The notes under the pieces are model-generated. The model searched no databases and was not told the DNA's origin. It saw only the letters and a list, made by a program, of their open reading frames with translations. Source: Schmidtea polychroa (taxonomy: Eukaryota). From it: DNA of 64,000 nucleotides. The position numbers were made by a program, and so were the translations under genes. The stretch is from assembly GCA_044892525.1 (NCBI GenBank), contig CM097885.1, positions 48,672,001 through 48,736,000 on the forward strand. Direction: 5' to 3'. Shown here piece after piece: positions 62,701 through 64,000 of the stretch (within the stretch, counting starts at the first letter, position 1; each line of letters begins with the position of its first letter).

Positions 62701-64000
62701 TGCTGGATCCATTCTTATTTTCTCAGGCTTTTCCCTGATCTGTTCTCCCGTTATTTCTTTAAAACTCATTGACCTCAATTGCACTAAATTGCACTTTTTG
62801 GTATCGACATCGTACACCAAGATTGATTCTCCTGTCTGACAGCTAGATTGTTTCATGTTGCAGAATGGATGTGTTTGTAGTTTACCAGTATCATCATCAA
62901 ATGATCCATCAAATTCTCTTAATTCTGACATGTACTCTTCCACAACCACGGCTTTGTCCATTATAGCATCGTCTACTTTGTATGGCTCGCCTTGGCAATC
63001 ACCATTCGACTTTATTATCCCTCGCACGGTTACAGTCTCACGGATTTTGTGGTTAAGCTTTGCTTGTAGTTTGAGATCTGCATTAATTTTCAACTGTCCT
63101 GTTTGAAAGGCTGCCAAACAATTCTCTGGAATTATTTCTATCGGTCTAGGTATCGATTGCATTTCCACCATCGATGAGTGACTCCATTTTCCACAATAAA
63201 ATACAAAAGTAGTTCGTTTCACTGTACACTCTCTCACCTTTGCTCGTCGAAATCCCGATTCTTGATATACATAATATTTTACTGGATTTGTCACTTTAAA
63301 TTTTACTGGATATGCATCCGAACACTCGTATGCCACCAATGAATTCGTCGTGTTTATTATTCCCAATAACATAATAACAGAAATCATCAACCATGGAAAT
63401 GCGAGTTTCCCCTTTTTCCTCACTGTCTCGGTTTTTGGGCTCTCAGCCTTTTGTATCAAATTTTCCCATCCGCCATTGTTTGCGATCCACCTAGCCAAAT
63501 ATTTATTCGTCATTTCCGTAGCTTTCTTTATCAATGATTTTGAACTGTCATTTTCCAGACAACCATAAATACCAATCTCCAATATTATATAGGCTAACGC
63601 TGTCAATATTACATCTCGATCTAACTCAGTTCGTGTTAGGTCCTCAATCACTGCTTCCTCACAAAATTCCTTTTCTTCATAATTTCTTTTAATTATCGAC
63701 GGTAATCTCCTCTTTAATTCCGTTGCCAATCTTTTTACAACTCTTTCCTCCCCCTCCAAAGTATCATCTTCTGTTTCAGTTTCATCTAACAAGTACAATT
63801 CCGTAACTAAACTTTTTAATATTCGTTCAGTCTCGTTTGATTCATCTAAACGCTCAGTTTCGCTCGATTTATCTAAACTCAAAGATTCAATTTCCGCATC
63901 ATTCTGTTTTTTCCGACATATCGCAATGTCATTTTTCGTTTCAACGAAGTTCTCTTCGCTCTTCATCTCATCTATGCTCGGTAGTACCCTATTATCGGTG
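56725..64000 (-). CDS. Gypsy-type polyprotein (5'-partial): Bcl-2-like, viral glycoprotein, PR, RT, RNase H, integrase, TM + FN3-like domain
   Basis: Uninterrupted frame that stays open from 63966 to the window edge. Motifs: WIANNGGW, LVAYEC/YCG..SH/GEALY..KC/ELPV, ALVDSGS, LRFCVDYRKLN, YIDD, TDAS, YSTIEKE, HHCC, MDILGP, TDQG, VERFN, GPY. Confidence 0.95.
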   Translation of the reverse strand, partial: TDNRVLPSIDEMKSEENFVETKNDIAICRKKQNDAEIESLSLDKSSETERLDESNETERILKSLVTELYLLDETETEDDTLEGEERVVKRLATELKRRLPSIIKRNYEEKEFCEEAVIEDLTRTELDRDVILTALAYIILEIGIYGCLENDSSKSLIKKATEMTNKYLARWIANNGGWENLIQKAESPKTETVRKKGKLAFPWLMISVIMLLGIINTTNSLVAYECSDAYPVKFKVTNPVKYYVYQESGFRRAKVRECTVKRTTFVFYCGKWSHSSMVEMQSIPRPIEIIPENCLAAFQTGQLKINADLKLQAKLNHKIRETVTVRGIIKSNGDCQGEPYKVDDAIMDKAVVVEEYMSELREFDGSFDDDTGKLQTHPFCNMKQSSCQTGESILVYDVDTKKCNLVQLRSMSFKEITGEQIREKPEKIRMDPATSTTTRITPLRMKDTPTVLMSTSEEDRMRFLRKETKTKCGQSVYETNYKGIYVSQKMITEAQTNIHAGDIKLTNYFNNKIDYLFHFGQNTVENVYREVIINDCNLNKEILRNRMAMAITNPNLVAPMLIAENGVFARIFGEALYSYKCKAVPVKLTKYDQCTNELPVNLNGKLRFMEPVTRILLEEDAKPKVLQCNRLLAPLYRLTPESWIALPDHREVKTPENLELTELQYLVNFTSLEKLSQSGIYSNEDIEEARRNLLFPSKKERVIMEMVDTILPSGSGKVNYEYLLTPDHYKKATYKTMKKIWGKFMFIGQACAGLIGIYVICVVIKVIISQVLSTHRLYAITGWSWKLVIGCIPLLARFFITHHQYQELEILKARILKKKKVSYASTTPSRDENNDNDNEGDSAPLYVDNQELSGMNKEALKTYQILKEPLLNASSVDTFTKLCIPKSFMQPAPVYPVDRLREMKPVENIALQCEGMVGERIEPSSAEIERKNMLGLPCNYSMMTLTKRGKQPRIFIQMNKHKVEALVDSGSSHTIISENVLNAKEKMRIKPTDEIVRSLSKNELNIIGQLNVIFLIGDRIIAHDALIMKGSPVRCLIGMDILEQLDGVSLDLKTGNLIAGETGEIIHRAGEVFVNQTLTIPPQSEMVYCANTMSVDNGDFIFEPNQTLVEKYDLPICDEVVKVENQIVPVHITNSSKKPVQLHPKTKLGKLSKMSIETNCKIPRNVKVYKEPEVVSNDLNEMQKKEFTKLLRKYRDIFAKHDYDLGLTNVIEHEIPLLDETPIKIKPYRIPYVHHDESDRQITAMKEFGIIRDSASPFSSSIVIVKKKDGDLRFCVDYRKLNQVTRKDTYPIPVPQEMFDQMGEARYFTVIDLNKGYNQFRVKEEYRGKTAFSDGKGLYEFNVLPFGLTGAPATFQRGMNYVLRGIRHALVYIDDIIIFSNDFEEHLKDVETVFKRLKSAKLKIKPSKCEWGKAEVIYVGHIISRRGLQTNPDNIKKVEEYPVPKDADEVRQFLGLASYYRKFIKDFSHIAQPLNTLLKKNNKFIWGQMQQNAFNTLKEKLVTTPILRCPDFTKQFILMTDASNVALGAVLGQKFEGEKDHVIAYASRSLRPHEKNYSTIEKETLALVYGITTFRQYLLGRKFTVYTDHNPLQWLMKHRDSASKLIRWSIALQEYDFEIKYRTGKANANADAMSRIPENNSEGTPEKVEGTIFAAIKAVNDMSELQNDQENDSELKQFMEQAVKIRKEQDWKRLTDANSKYVIHNGILKCWKNGEALIIIPAKHRDALLMQYHDGALGGHLSTRKTLSRLKLKYFWPTMEQDVKNWCNSCKVCITRRNTGKKIKVPLKPMPVPAAPMEMTAMDILGPLPETTKGNKYIVVFCDYFTKWPEAYAIPNQKADTIARIFVENIIFRYGTPKKLLTDQGKNFQSEMFKSITDLFGIWKLNTSPYHPQTDGLVERFNGTLINMISSYVNRKQKDWDDFIKPCLFAYRNAVNQSTGETPFYLMYLRKNNMPIDLKFQPPISQYMEIPDYKALMQERMQSVWTKAGLTIKHNQEKYKESYDKKAHAHGIKIGDLVYLNRPEPLKGLSPKLQRPFKGPYKVCDTTETNLKLLPFRSKKANPMIVHANRCKLVPEEDESRYPLRSKQNKVTGQTKLKQKFTKNPTPVSYINKILYVAIMLMLVTVASGKKIDLPYAVNKIRGMEKIHIYSTLTNIVWSCKCEIADQIEIINLLDNTAPVVELNYDKDIVAVRKLKPNYKYQWLLRQNMSKWYTQIPIEVHTKEMRNLIEIEPEINGINIYWKPVDLVKVRITFQGLNVDTLNSRKSFIRYEKLKMNQNYSVNANYYENICLENGTVVRNQWSRFKSETQSIYLRDESNRITLSVGNGPVTIYRKSGNDERVVIIYKQKTLTIIDAGNHFFTLYTSDLETAWELTVKYQRWITDPGRWQTVFVEVKTINESKRKSYKRKSNYRPKRRQNLTQTN

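Noticed and set aside
57212..63568. Short antisense and alternate-frame ORFs overlapping the polyprotein and pPolB genes
   Set aside because: They are shadow ORFs of long coding regions with no independent motifs.

Overview
This window is very AT-rich animal DNA made almost entirely of mobile elements; no intact host gene was recognised. The (AAT)n microsatellites, ~45-nt introns and giant elements suggest a planarian or flatworm-like host, but that is inference only. Three large elements dominate. (1) A complete but decayed Polinton/Maverick (adintovirus-type) at 13875-28564. It has AGTAGT termini, a 6-bp target-site duplication (TSD) AATGTC and ~0.95-kb terminal inverted repeats (TIRs). It encodes a protein-primed DNA polymerase B (pPolB), penton, adenain-like protease, packaging ATPase, a PLA2-integrase fusion and a major capsid protein, and carries four tRNA-like Pol III units. 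(2) A 15.5-kb palindromic Polinton-like element at 36623-52160 with a 6-bp TSD TATATT. Its ~7.2-kb inverted arms each carry only an intron-containing pPolB gene around a motif-rich 1.15-kb spacer, with no integrase or capsid gene. (3) A minus-strand Gypsy-type LTR retroelement whose single >2400-aa ORF runs off the window edge. Its domain order is Bcl-2-like, chuvirus-like class III glycoprotein, PR, RT, RNase H, integrase, then a signal/TM segment and an FN3-like ectodomain. Its probable 3' LTR and polypurine tract lie at 35427-36496, which would place element 2 inside it. The remainder is a solo LTR, MITEs, Penelope/hAT/Gypsy remnants, an Hsp70 fragment and microsatellites.
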